47,058 bases of DNA from the NCBI GenBank assembly GCA_029821195.1, contig JALGTU010000003.1:1-47058 (forward strand), read 5' to 3'. Below the pieces are notes generated by a model, which saw nothing but the letters and a program-made list of their open reading frames with translations, had not been told where the DNA came from and ran no database searches. Shown here piece by piece: positions 35,187-43,896 of this stretch. How positions within the stretch are numbered: the stretch's first letter is position 1; the number at the start of each line of letters is the position of its first letter. Source of the stretch: Candidatus Zipacnadia bacterium. Lineage in GTDB: Bacteria > Armatimonadota > Zipacnadia > Zipacnadales > Zipacnadaceae. Made by a program: the position numbers and the translations under genes.

Positions 35187-35258
35187 TAGGAAGTTGCGCA
35201 GCGCGAAGCTTCCGAGACTGGCCCTAAGAGGGGGACAAGCTTGCGCCGACTTCTATCT

Positions 35259-36599
35259 CTACTCCGCTTCGGGCACAACGACGGCGGCTTCCTGGTGGGC
35301 GATCTCCTGGTCAGCCCGGTTGCGCGCGACCACGCGGATGATGTGCACGCCCGGCGCGGCGCGGTCGGCATTCCACGTTGAGCGATATGGCGCTACGTTG
35401 CTCATAGCATTGAATCGCCCGTCCACGTAGACTTCGACCATGTAGGCGTCAACCCCCGAACCGACCAGAACGTCCAGCGTTATCCGGCCGCTTACCGCCT
35501 CCGCGTGGCTTCCCTTGACTACGATCGCTACCTGGTTGGTGCCGAGCACGGGCTGGGCCGTCAGCGCCAGCGGCACGGGAGTTTCCGGGAGTACTGGCGG
35601 CGCCTGCTCGGGAGGTTGGGCAGCGACAATAACCGGGGCCGACGGCACTAGCTGCGCCAGGAAGTGCTCGGCGCTGATAAGCTTACGATAGGTCTCCAGG
35701 ACCAGGCTGTTGGTGGCGACGGCATAATCATTGTGCGCCAGCCCGTCACTGGCGGCATCTACCGAGAACCAGTTGAGCAGCACGACGTTGGGAAACGCTT
35801 CGCCTATCGCCTGGTACATCTGCTGCATCTTGCGAGCGGCGAAACCACTGGCGTGCTGGCGGGAGGCGGTGCAGTAGTGGGTGGCGGCGTACTCGCAGAT
35901 GGCGATCGGCTTGCGCGCGCCGTAGAGGTCGTAAACATAGCGCAGGTTGTCAAGCTGGTCGTCGGGAGCCGGCTGGCTGATGTTGCCGTCGTTGTACAGG
36001 ACGGCGTAGATATTGACGCCCACCCAGTCCACATAGGCGTCTCCGGGGTAGTAGAGTGGGATGGTGCGCCGGGGGGTGGCGAACGGGCACCACACCATTA
36101 TCACCTTCGGGGCAGCCTGCTTTATCACACTGTAGACCAGCCGCCACTTGCGCACGTATTCATCGGGGTTACCTGAGTAGGGCATCCAGGTCCCGTTCAT
36201 CTCGGAGGCGAACCGCAGCAGGATGGGCGCATCGGCCTGGGCCGCCGCCTGCGCCCAGCCACGCAGGTAAGCGTCATCCCGGACCTCCTCCAGCCCATCA
36301 TTCGGCTCCCAGGCGATATGCGGCACTGCTCCGTGGGAGAGTACCTTCTTCACCCACTCGGTGGGAAACGGCTCGCCGTAGCCCAGGTAGCACATATAGC
36401 TAGCGTGCTTTTTGCCGACGAGCCGCTCGAACAGCTCGATATCACCGGCTACGATCGGATCCTGCTCGATGTAGGCGCCGATATAGCAGCCGCCGGGCTG
36501 GGCGGTGACCGACGACCCAGCCAACGCCAGCACCAGGAGAAGCAGTACTAGGGCCCGTAGCACCGAATTGTGCGCGTGCTCAGAGAACCAGTCCATCAA
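35259..36599 (-). CDS. Secreted GH26-like glycoside hydrolase with a C-terminal Ig-like domain
   Basis: Signal peptide, AWEP, LRFASEMNGTW (acid/base Glu), YYPGDAYVDWVG and AICEY (nucleophile). Pro-rich linker and an APY..WN..PGVH Ig-like tail. Confidence 0.85.
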   Translation of the reverse strand: MMDWFSEHAHNSVLRALVLLLLVLALAGSSVTAQPGGCYIGAYIEQDPIVAGDIELFERLVGKKHASYMCYLGYGEPFPTEWVKKVLSHGAVPHIAWEPNDGLEEVRDDAYLRGWAQAAAQADAPILLRFASEMNGTWMPYSGNPDEYVRKWRLVYSVIKQAAPKVIMVWCPFATPRRTIPLYYPGDAYVDWVGVNIYAVLYNDGNISQPAPDDQLDNLRYVYDLYGARKPIAICEYAATHYCTASRQHASGFAARKMQQMYQAIGEAFPNVVLLNWFSVDAASDGLAHNDYAVATNSLVLETYRKLISAEHFLAQLVPSAPVIVAAQPPEQAPPVLPETPVPLALTAQPVLGTNQVAIVVKGSHAEAVSGRITLDVLVGSGVDAYMVEVYVDGRFNAMSNVAPYRSTWNADRAAPGVHIIRVVARNRADQEIAHQEAAVVVPEAE

Positions 36600-36605
36600 T
36601 ATGCC

Positions 36606-37871
36606 TCATACCGACAGCTTGAACGCCTCCACGGGGCTGTCGTGGAGCAGGAACTGGGCGATGCGCAGCGCTTCTTCTTCCGTGTCGTCGCCTCGGACGA
36701 CGCGCTCCGCAAGGACTTCGGCGATGTTACGCCGGGCCTCGTAGAGATGTCCGTAGACCAGCTCCACGTGCCGCACGTCGCCACCGAAGCCGATAATCTT
36801 GTTAGCGGGGACCAGGTCCAGCCAATCGGCCAGAATCTGGCGGGTGCCGGCAGCCGAGATGATATGCACCCAGGCCAGGTCGGCCCAGACGTTGGGGAAA
36901 TACTTGGCCAACACGCCGCACTCCCGGGCGTATGGGTAACCGGCGTGAAACAGGTCAAAGCGCGCTCCCCTGTACTCCAGGAAGAGATTGGTGAGGAGGG
37001 CGGGATTAGTGTTGGCAACGATGTTCTGCCCGCCGGCCTGGAGACCGGTATGGAAGATGATAGTCATATCATTTTCCATCGCCGCCTGGATGCACTTGTG
37101 CAGCATATAGTCCTGCAGCGGCTTAGCCTCCGCCCACGAAAGCCCCTCGCCCAAGTGGTCGAAGATACGGTTGAAGAGCCGCTCGGCCTCCGCATGAGTG
37201 ACCTTGTCATACTGCAGAGCGCGGCGGTAGGCTTGACCGACTTTTAGGGCCACCGCCCCCTCGGCGTGTGCCTGGCTGATATGACCTTGCGCAGCCCTAA
37301 CCAGCTCGTCAATATTGTGGGGGGAACAGTTGGTACTCGCTGATAGCTCTTCGAGTTGCTGTTTGGTGCGGGCCTCGATGAACTGGGTGGCGCGGATGGC
37401 CGGCACGAACAGTTCCCGGTCGCAGTCGAGCTTGCCTGCATCAAGAATTGAGACCGCAATGTTGCAGCGGTCCTTAAGTGCCTGCTTATACCACCCGGGC
37501 TGGTTGGCCTGCCTCATCTTTTCAGTGGCCTCAGCAAGTGCTGCGGCCGACATCTCTTCGCACCCGAACAAGTCTTTGATGGTCCGCGTCCACATCCGTG
37601 CATACGAGCCGTTGCGAATATTGGGCCAGTAAGGCTCCAATAGTTCCCAGCGTGCAGCAATCTCCCCCTTCGGGTCAACAATCTTCTGAGCGATCTCCGG
37701 CGGGCATCCGGCCGTGTGCAGGTCGCCGATTACATAGTTGTCAATCATCTCTAATACATCGGTGTCCTTTTCGACCCGCTCTGCTTCAGGATACAAATGC
37801 TCGTGGGAATCAATTACAGGAATGTCTTCAATCTCGGCAAGAATTTCCACGGTCAGCTCTTTGTTATTCAT
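36606..37871 (-). CDS. Amidohydrolase superfamily protein
   Basis: IDSHEH metal motif, FHTG, LFHAGYP and GFGGD. Confidence 0.85.
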   Translation of the reverse strand: MNNKELTVEILAEIEDIPVIDSHEHLYPEAERVEKDTDVLEMIDNYVIGDLHTAGCPPEIAQKIVDPKGEIAARWELLEPYWPNIRNGSYARMWTRTIKDLFGCEEMSAAALAEATEKMRQANQPGWYKQALKDRCNIAVSILDAGKLDCDRELFVPAIRATQFIEARTKQQLEELSASTNCSPHNIDELVRAAQGHISQAHAEGAVALKVGQAYRRALQYDKVTHAEAERLFNRIFDHLGEGLSWAEAKPLQDYMLHKCIQAAMENDMTIIFHTGLQAGGQNIVANTNPALLTNLFLEYRGARFDLFHAGYPYARECGVLAKYFPNVWADLAWVHIISAAGTRQILADWLDLVPANKIIGFGGDVRHVELVYGHLYEARRNIAEVLAERVVRGDDTEEEALRIAQFLLHDSPVEAFKLSV

Positions 37872-37887
37872 TGATGTACCTTCCCTA

Positions 37888-37937
37888 ACTTGCTATTGAG
37901 CACTTGGCGACTACAGCTTCCCGGCGCGGTAGGCCTG
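37888..37937. repeat. Degenerate direct repeat, copy 1 (relic of the acsE 3' end and downstream DNA)
   Basis: CAGCTTCCCGGCGCGGTAGGCCTG matches 39033-39056 at 20/24, and TTGCTATTGAGCAC matches TTGCCATTGAGCAC. The minus strand reads MHMLQAYRAGKL*. Confidence 0.65.
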
Positions 37938-38017
37938 AAGCATGTGCATCCAGTTCCTCCTGCAGTTGTGGTGCGGACGCTGGAGGGATTTTCACCTCGG
38001 CGCCGCCATGCTTTTCC

Positions 38018-38956
38018 TCAGGACTTGAGTAGCTCCATATCGAACATCCACTTCACCCCTCGCTCCATAGCCTCCTCGGGGGTGTATCTCGGATGGTATC
38101 CAAGTCGCGAGGAAATCTTGGAGATATCCGGGCACATGTGCTCAAGGAGATGAAAGTGAGCGCCAAGCTCCGGTGATATCTCTGCGGCGTAGGTCTCTGC
38201 TGACACGTATCTGACAGGTATAGTGGTCTTGTAGATCTCGCCGTAAGTCGCCATGAACCGTTCCGCCGTTAAGGCATACGCCGACCCTACGTTGAAGATC
38301 TCACCAGCAGCGCTCTCTCTGTTTTTCACCGCACAAAAGAATCCCCGCGCTACATCTTCAGCGTCACAAGGACCGATGAGGTTTGTCCCCGGGTAAGGAA
38401 GGGTCACTTCCTCACCACGCTGATGCGCTTGATGCACTTCCAGCGAACGCCCTCCCATGCCGTCAAGCGGGATCTTGCCCGGACCACAGATGTTCGGCGG
38501 CATAACGGCAGTAAAAGCAAGCCCTTCGTTCTTGGATAGCTCAAGGGTTTGCAACAGTTCACTGTAGCGTCGTTGATAGCCCTCGAATGGGCACTCAGTT
38601 TGCGTAACCTCGGGAGTGGGCACGACTTTAGGTCGCCCGAACATCCAAAGCGAGCCACAGGCCACTACGTGAGACACCCCGGCTTCTCGGCTGGCGCTAT
38701 AGACCGCGCCAATGTCACGCTGCAGGATGTCCACCACCACGGCAGGTCTTTCCTCGTTGAGCATAGCAGCAAATGAGCCATCTTGAAGTGATTCCGCATA
38801 TCGCATCGTGATGTACTTGACCTGATTGTAGCAATCCCCTTCCGGGAGGAGGGTTCTGCCGGAGGACATCACCGTAACATCCTCTCCATCCTCGATGAGC
38901 ATACGGGTGAGATTCGTCCCAATGTGACCTGTTCCACCAATGATAAGTGTTTTCAA
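38018..38956 (-). CDS. NAD-dependent epimerase/dehydratase (extended SDR)
   Basis: IIGGTGHIG, EDVARGF and GEIFNVGS motifs. TTG start; visibly AT-richer codons than neighbouring genes. Confidence 0.85.
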   Translation of the reverse strand: MKTLIIGGTGHIGTNLTRMLIEDGEDVTVMSSGRTLLPEGDCYNQVKYITMRYAESLQDGSFAAMLNEERPAVVVDILQRDIGAVYSASREAGVSHVVACGSLWMFGRPKVVPTPEVTQTECPFEGYQRRYSELLQTLELSKNEGLAFTAVMPPNICGPGKIPLDGMGGRSLEVHQAHQRGEEVTLPYPGTNLIGPCDAEDVARGFFCAVKNRESAAGEIFNVGSAYALTAERFMATYGEIYKTTIPVRYVSAETYAAEISPELGAHFHLLEHMCPDISKISSRLGYHPRYTPEEAMERGVKWMFDMELLKS

Positions 38957-38995
38957 CCGATATCTCTCATTTCAACGAAGATGGAGTTGGCCGAG

Positions 38996-39056
38996 ATTTG
39001 CCATTGAGCACGGCCCGGCGAAACTACACATCCAGCCTTCCAGCGCGGCAGGCCTG
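38996..39056. repeat. Degenerate direct repeat, copy 2 (current acsE 3' end)
   Basis: Partner of 37888-37937; encodes QACRAGRLDV* plus the downstream GTGCTCAATGGCAA. Confidence 0.65.
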
Positions 39057-39827
39057 GATATAGTTCATGCAGAACTCGTCCTGCCCCAGCAGCGCCTCGA
39101 CGGCGATGATATGCGCCATTATCTTCTTGTCCAGTGGGTCCATTACCGCCGAGTCCATCCCCGCCTGCATGGCCAGGCCGAGGAAAGCCCGGTTCATCAG
39201 GCGGCGGTTGGGCAGGCCAAACGAGATATTGCTCAGCCCGGAGGTGATATGACAGTCCGGGCAGTACTGGCGAATAGCCGCGATGGCCTCCAAGATATGC
39301 TGGCCAACTTCGGCCGCAGTGCACAGCGGCGCGATGATTGGGTCCACGAATATCTGCTGCGGCTCAATCCCGCCAGCGGTGAGTCGGTCAATGATTTGTT
39401 GGGCTACCTGTTCGCGTTGTCCGGGCTGGGTGGGCATACCCCCCTCGCCCAGAGCGAGAGCAACTACGTTGACTTTAGCCTCCAACACAATCGGCAGCAT
39501 CTTCTCGACGCTCCCCGGCTCCATTGTCACCGAGTTTATCATTGGCATAGCCGCGCCGGTATAGGTCTCCAGCCCACGCTGGACAGCCTGCGGATTGGGC
39601 GAGTCGAAGCTGATCGGCCTGTCGGTCGCCGCCTGGATAGTCGCCACCAGCCACTGCATATCCTCGGCTTCCTGGTCACCGACCGTGCCGGGATTGCAGT
39701 CAATGAAATCCGCGCCGGCCTCGGCCTGCCTTGTCGCCAGGGCAGCGATATAGTCGGAGTCGCGACTGGCTATCGCCTCTTTCACCTTGCTTCTGGTCCC
39801 GTTGATCAGTTCACCAATGATGATCAC
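39024..39827 (-). CDS. acsE: Methyltetrahydrofolate:corrinoid methyltransferase (AcsE/MeTr-like pterin-binding domain)
   Basis: IIIGELINGTR, GADFIDCN, SFDS, MINS, VDP, GLSNISFGLPNR and GMDSAVMDP motifs. Confidence 0.85.
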   Translation of the reverse strand: MIIIGELINGTRSKVKEAIASRDSDYIAALATRQAEAGADFIDCNPGTVGDQEAEDMQWLVATIQAATDRPISFDSPNPQAVQRGLETYTGAAMPMINSVTMEPGSVEKMLPIVLEAKVNVVALALGEGGMPTQPGQREQVAQQIIDRLTAGGIEPQQIFVDPIIAPLCTAAEVGQHILEAIAAIRQYCPDCHITSGLSNISFGLPNRRLMNRAFLGLAMQAGMDSAVMDPLDKKIMAHIIAVEALLGQDEFCMNYIQACRAGRLDV

Positions 39828-39851
39828 GCTACTTGTCTCCTTGAAGGTCGC

Positions 39852-39916
39852 GGTACGACAGGCGTCCCGCCTGTCGGGCTTTTAGTGGCTCGGACCGGCG
39901 AAACGCCTGTCCTACC
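39852..39916. repeat. REP doublet, family B
   Basis: GGTACGACAGGCGTCCCGCCTGTC ... GACCGGCGAAACGCCTGTCCTACC. Confidence 0.8.
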
Positions 39917-39929
39917 ATATTCCGTGTTG

Positions 39930-40916
39930 TTATCCATGGCGCAGGGCCAGCCCCTTGACCAGCGCCGTCAGGCACTGGCAAAGTGGCGCTGCGACTCCGT
40001 GCTGCTGGGCTGCCGCGACTACCGCTCCGGTTATGTAATCTATCTCCGTGCGGCGCCCCGCTAGCACGTCCTGGAGCATCGAGGACTGATTGGTCGCCGT
40101 AGCCTGGCAGACCTGCTTGACTTCCTGGCCGGGGGCAAAATTGCCCCACTCAACCCCGGCGACCTGGCCCACCTCGTAGACCTCCTCGGCCACCTCGTCC
40201 AGCAGTTCGCGGAGCACCGGTATCTCGAGCAGCTCGCCGTTGCACCGCCGCGTGAGCGCGGTGAGCGGGTTGATCGCGCAGTTGATGAGCACCTTGCGCC
40301 AGAGCAGCCCGTCTACGTCCTCGGTCACTTGTACGGCCAGACCTGCGCTTTGGAGAAGCTCGGCGACGCGCTGCGCCAGCTCGTGGTTGCCTGCCGGACT
40401 GCCCAGCACAATCTTACCCAGACCCGCCTGGCGGACCCGGCCGTCGCCCAGCAGCGTGGCGCCGCTGGCGGTCGTCCCCGCCAGGACTTGCTCGTCTGGA
40501 AAGTACTTCTGAAGCACCTCGTAGTTGCCCAGGCCGTTTTGCAGCGTCAGAATCGCTGTGTCTTCACTAACCAGCGGCTCAGCATGTTCAGCAGCGGCAG
40601 CCGTGTCGTACGCCTTGGTGAAGATGATGACCAGGTCGGCAGTGCCGAAATCGTCGGGGTTGGCGCTGCACTGTGTCGGCACAGTGTAGGAGCCCTCGGG
40701 TGCTTCGATGATCACACCTTGGTTGCTGATCAGCTTGGCCCGGTCCGGGCGGTGGTCGAGCAGGCCGACCTGGAGATGCGGCATCCGGCCCAGCAATCCG
40801 GCGTGCAGACAGCCCATCGCCCCCGGGCCGACGATGACCACGCGGGGCTTAGCTGGTTGGGGGGATTGAGTGTCGCTGTGAGGGGAAGATAGCATTAGTG
40901 TTGGGTTATAGGTCAT
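39930..40916 (-). CDS. panE: Ketopantoate reductase family protein
   Basis: GPGAMG, TKAYD, LQNGLG, WRKVLINCAINPLTAL and SSMLQD..RRTEIDYI motifs. TAATG coupling to the upstream gene. Confidence 0.88.
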   Translation of the reverse strand: MTYNPTLMLSSPHSDTQSPQPAKPRVVIVGPGAMGCLHAGLLGRMPHLQVGLLDHRPDRAKLISNQGVIIEAPEGSYTVPTQCSANPDDFGTADLVIIFTKAYDTAAAAEHAEPLVSEDTAILTLQNGLGNYEVLQKYFPDEQVLAGTTASGATLLGDGRVRQAGLGKIVLGSPAGNHELAQRVAELLQSAGLAVQVTEDVDGLLWRKVLINCAINPLTALTRRCNGELLEIPVLRELLDEVAEEVYEVGQVAGVEWGNFAPGQEVKQVCQATATNQSSMLQDVLAGRRTEIDYITGAVVAAAQQHGVAAPLCQCLTALVKGLALRHG

Positions 40917-42232
40917 TACTCCTTCGTATCAGGAGTATCGCTGCGCTGCTGCTCCCAGCGCTCCAGCTCGACGACCTGGCCCAGCGTGCTGCCGGCGTCA
41001 ATCTCCGCCTTCTCACGGCTCTCGCGCTCGACCACCGCCAGGGCGCGGTTGGCCATCTCCACGGCGCGTTCCTGCGGCACGACCACCACCCCGTCATCAT
41101 CGGCGATGATCCAGTCACCGCTGCGCACGACCGTCTCGCCTATCTTCAGCGGTACGCCGATCATGCCCATACCCTTGGGGTCGCCGGCCGCGGGCCCGAT
41201 AAGCTTCGAGAACGCCGGGAAGTCCAGCTCGCGAATTTCCGCGACGTCCCGGATCGCACCGTTGATGACTACTCCGGCCACGCCCGCCTGGAGAGAGCTC
41301 TTGCTGGCCTCTTCGCCCCAGACGGCGGGGCCTTCGCCCCGGACGTCCACGATCAGGACCTGGCCCGGCTCGGCCTGGTCAATCGCCTCGACGGGTTTGG
41401 CCCAGTCGCCCGGATAGGTCCAGACCGTCAGCGCCGGGCCGACCGCCTTCATGCCCGCAGCGATGCTGGTTATCCCCGGCAGCCAGCCCTTGCGGTGCAT
41501 AGCGTCCGAGACGTTGGCGGCGCTGCACTTGCTGAAGATCTCGCGAAGCTGCTCGACGCCCCCGCGCTTGTACAGGTCGGTTTCAATCGCCTCCCCGGTG
41601 CGCATTGCTTCGAGGATGGTGCGCGTCGCCTCGGCTGCATCGGGAGCCTTGATGATCGCGCCGCCGACAATGACAATGTCCGCGCCGGCCTGGACAGCCC
41701 GCGGCGCGGTTTCCGAATTTATGCCGCCCGCTACCGCTACGGGGATGTCTACTGCCCCGGCGACCTCGCGCAGCACTGCGAGCGGGTCCTCACCGCGCAT
41801 CTGCACGTCAATCGGGCAGTGAACGCCAATGATTGCTGCCCCCAATTCCTGCACCCCGCGCGCCCGTACTGCCGGTTCGGCGACTTCGCAAAGGTCAACC
41901 ATGATCCGCGCGTCATAACGCTGCCCGGCCTCAATACACTCTGCAATCGTCGAGTCAGATGCCGCCCCGAGCACGGTCACGATATTAGCCCCGGCTTGTG
42001 CGGCCATCTCTACTTCGACGCGGCCGGCATCCATCGTCTTCATATCGGCGACCACGGTATGGTCAGGAAATTCGCCGCGCAGCGCCCGCACGGCCTCCAG
42101 GCCTTCGCTCTTTATCAGCGGCGTGCCGGCCTCCACCCACTGCGCGCCCCCGGCCACAGCTTCCTGTGCCGCCCGCAGCGCCTGGCTGAGATTGGCAAAG
42201 TCAAGTGCAACTTGCAGAATCGGCTCTGGCAT
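40916..42232 (-). CDS. 3-hexulose-6-phosphate synthase fused to an RraA/HMG-aldolase-like domain
   Basis: N-domain LQVALD, EAGTPLIK, ADMKTMDAG and AVAGGI. C-domain ANVSDAM, PGDW, AVWGE, GAIRD and GDWIIADDDGVVVVP. Start ATG 42232. Confidence 0.88.
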   Translation of the reverse strand: MPEPILQVALDFANLSQALRAAQEAVAGGAQWVEAGTPLIKSEGLEAVRALRGEFPDHTVVADMKTMDAGRVEVEMAAQAGANIVTVLGAASDSTIAECIEAGQRYDARIMVDLCEVAEPAVRARGVQELGAAIIGVHCPIDVQMRGEDPLAVLREVAGAVDIPVAVAGGINSETAPRAVQAGADIVIVGGAIIKAPDAAEATRTILEAMRTGEAIETDLYKRGGVEQLREIFSKCSAANVSDAMHRKGWLPGITSIAAGMKAVGPALTVWTYPGDWAKPVEAIDQAEPGQVLIVDVRGEGPAVWGEEASKSSLQAGVAGVVINGAIRDVAEIRELDFPAFSKLIGPAAGDPKGMGMIGVPLKIGETVVRSGDWIIADDDGVVVVPQERAVEMANRALAVVERESREKAEIDAGSTLGQVVELERWEQQRSDTPDTKE

Positions 42233-42249
42233 AACAGATCTCTTCTTTC

Positions 42250-43896
42250 TTATGACAGCAGGCTGGCAATCCGTTCCTGTTCCGTCAGAATCTCGCCGCT
42301 TTCCGGGTCCAGCGCGCGGATCGCTCCGTCCACCGGTGCGGTGGCCAGTATGCCGGCGGCATCTGGGTTGCCGCACAGGTGCGGAGCGTCAAGCAGCCCG
42401 AGCTTGATCGCGCGGCTAATGACCCGAGGATCGGTAAGCGGATCCGAGCCGCCGTCCCCCAGCGAGCGTATGGCCTCCAGTAGAAGGTTGGCCTCGGCGA
42501 CCAGTTCTTCCTTCCGCGCCTGGACAATTGGATCGGAAAGCATGTCGGGCATGTCGGTGCGGCAGTTGCGGATTGCGCCGTGGACAATCCGGCAGCTTTC
42601 GATAAGCTCGGGCGCGGTGACGGCGTGATCGCCCTCGGAGAAGCCGACGACATGTACAATGTGGGGTTGAATAGCCAATTGCACGACAGTGCCGGCGGCC
42701 AGTTGCCCCTTGGCGACGTCCATATCCGGGGAGAAGCTGAGCAGACCGGCCCGGGTCTGGCGCAGGGAGGTGAAATTGTCGTCGTGCAGCCCCTCGATGA
42801 GTTCGATCTTCGCCAGCATCTTGGCCAGGTCCATCGCCGGTGACGTGGCTGCGGGACTATTGAACATATACTGGGAGACGTACGTGTGCACGCCCACTGC
42901 TTTGCAGTTGTACGCGCCCAGATAGGCGGCGACCACCGCGATGGTATCGTGGGCGCTGCGCATGCTCCAATGGTGCGCCTCGTTACACTCCACGGGAATG
43001 CCGCGGTCGGCATACCACGCCATCGCTTGCTGGTTCTCGGCGATAGATTGCTGGGGATGACGGTCCGAGCGGCGGTCGAGGGTATTGTACCAGCATAGCG
43101 GGATCGCGCCCCAGGCGTTATTGATAGTCTCGACCGACATCTCCGCCCACTTGATCAGGTCGCGGGTGCCGCTGTAGCAGCGCAGCAGCGGATGGTTGCC
43201 GGTGCGGGTTGCCTGGTATATCGCCTGCAGGTCGTCGGGCGAGCGCAGCGCGACGCCGCCGGCCCCCGATTGCTCCGGCTTCATCTCGTCGGGGCGGAAA
43301 AAGCTGTCCTGCGCGTTCTGGTCGGGGCCGAGCGAGAGCACGTCGAGGACCCCGGCTGCGGCGATCTGGCGTGCTCCCTCGACAGTTACAGCGACTTCGG
43401 GTTGGCCGTAGTGATGGCGCAGCAGGGGATAAGGCTGTTTGTGGGCGAGCCGCGCCAGGAGAGTGTCACCCCACTCCTGCTGCGCGCCTTCGCGGGTTCC
43501 GCCCTGTAGGTAGGCCAAGACCTGCTCAGGACTCTCCCCACCGGTGAACACCTCTTCGAACAGTCCACTACTGCGCGCGACCTCGGCAACCGGTGCCGTT
43601 CCGCCGAAGACAAAGCGGCGCTCGAGCAGAGCACGCTCCGCCAGTGCTTCCTGCAACTGCGCGATCAGCGCCCCGGCAACTTCCGGGGTCAACCGGTAAC
43701 TTACGGCCACCAGTTCGGGGTCGTGCCCGGCAACTGCCTCGGCGAAATCTGCCACGCTCACCGCCGGGCCCAGGAAAACTGTTTTGTATCCAGCGGTGCG
43801 CGCCAGGTTGAGAAAGCTGAGCACGCCCGCGACATGAACGCAGTTGCCCAGCGCTCCGGCGACTACGGTGGGGCTATTGGGGGTCACCCGGATCAC
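42250..43896 (-). CDS. Cobalamin-dependent protein: B12-binding domain fused to a glutamate-mutase-epsilon-like barrel
   Basis: GALGNCVHVAGV..LG..VSY..FGG is a His-on B12 domain. The C-terminal region (RGIPVECNE, RAIKLGLLDAP, DGAIRALD) resembles GlmE by eye. Confidence 0.75.
   Translation of the reverse strand: MIRVTPNSPTVVAGALGNCVHVAGVLSFLNLARTAGYKTVFLGPAVSVADFAEAVAGHDPELVAVSYRLTPEVAGALIAQLQEALAERALLERRFVFGGTAPVAEVARSSGLFEEVFTGGESPEQVLAYLQGGTREGAQQEWGDTLLARLAHKQPYPLLRHHYGQPEVAVTVEGARQIAAAGVLDVLSLGPDQNAQDSFFRPDEMKPEQSGAGGVALRSPDDLQAIYQATRTGNHPLLRCYSGTRDLIKWAEMSVETINNAWGAIPLCWYNTLDRRSDRHPQQSIAENQQAMAWYADRGIPVECNEAHHWSMRSAHDTIAVVAAYLGAYNCKAVGVHTYVSQYMFNSPAATSPAMDLAKMLAKIELIEGLHDDNFTSLRQTRAGLLSFSPDMDVAKGQLAAGTVVQLAIQPHIVHVVGFSEGDHAVTAPELIESCRIVHGAIRNCRTDMPDMLSDPIVQARKEELVAEANLLLEAIRSLGDGGSDPLTDPRVISRAIKLGLLDAPHLCGNPDAAGILATAPVDGAIRALDPESGEILTEQERIASLLS

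Noticed and set aside
39024-39827. Evidence for a Wood-Ljungdahl pathway, or annotation as dihydropteroate synthase
   Set aside because: No acsB/C/D is in the window, and the motifs fit the MeTr/MetH pterin-binding branch rather than FolP.
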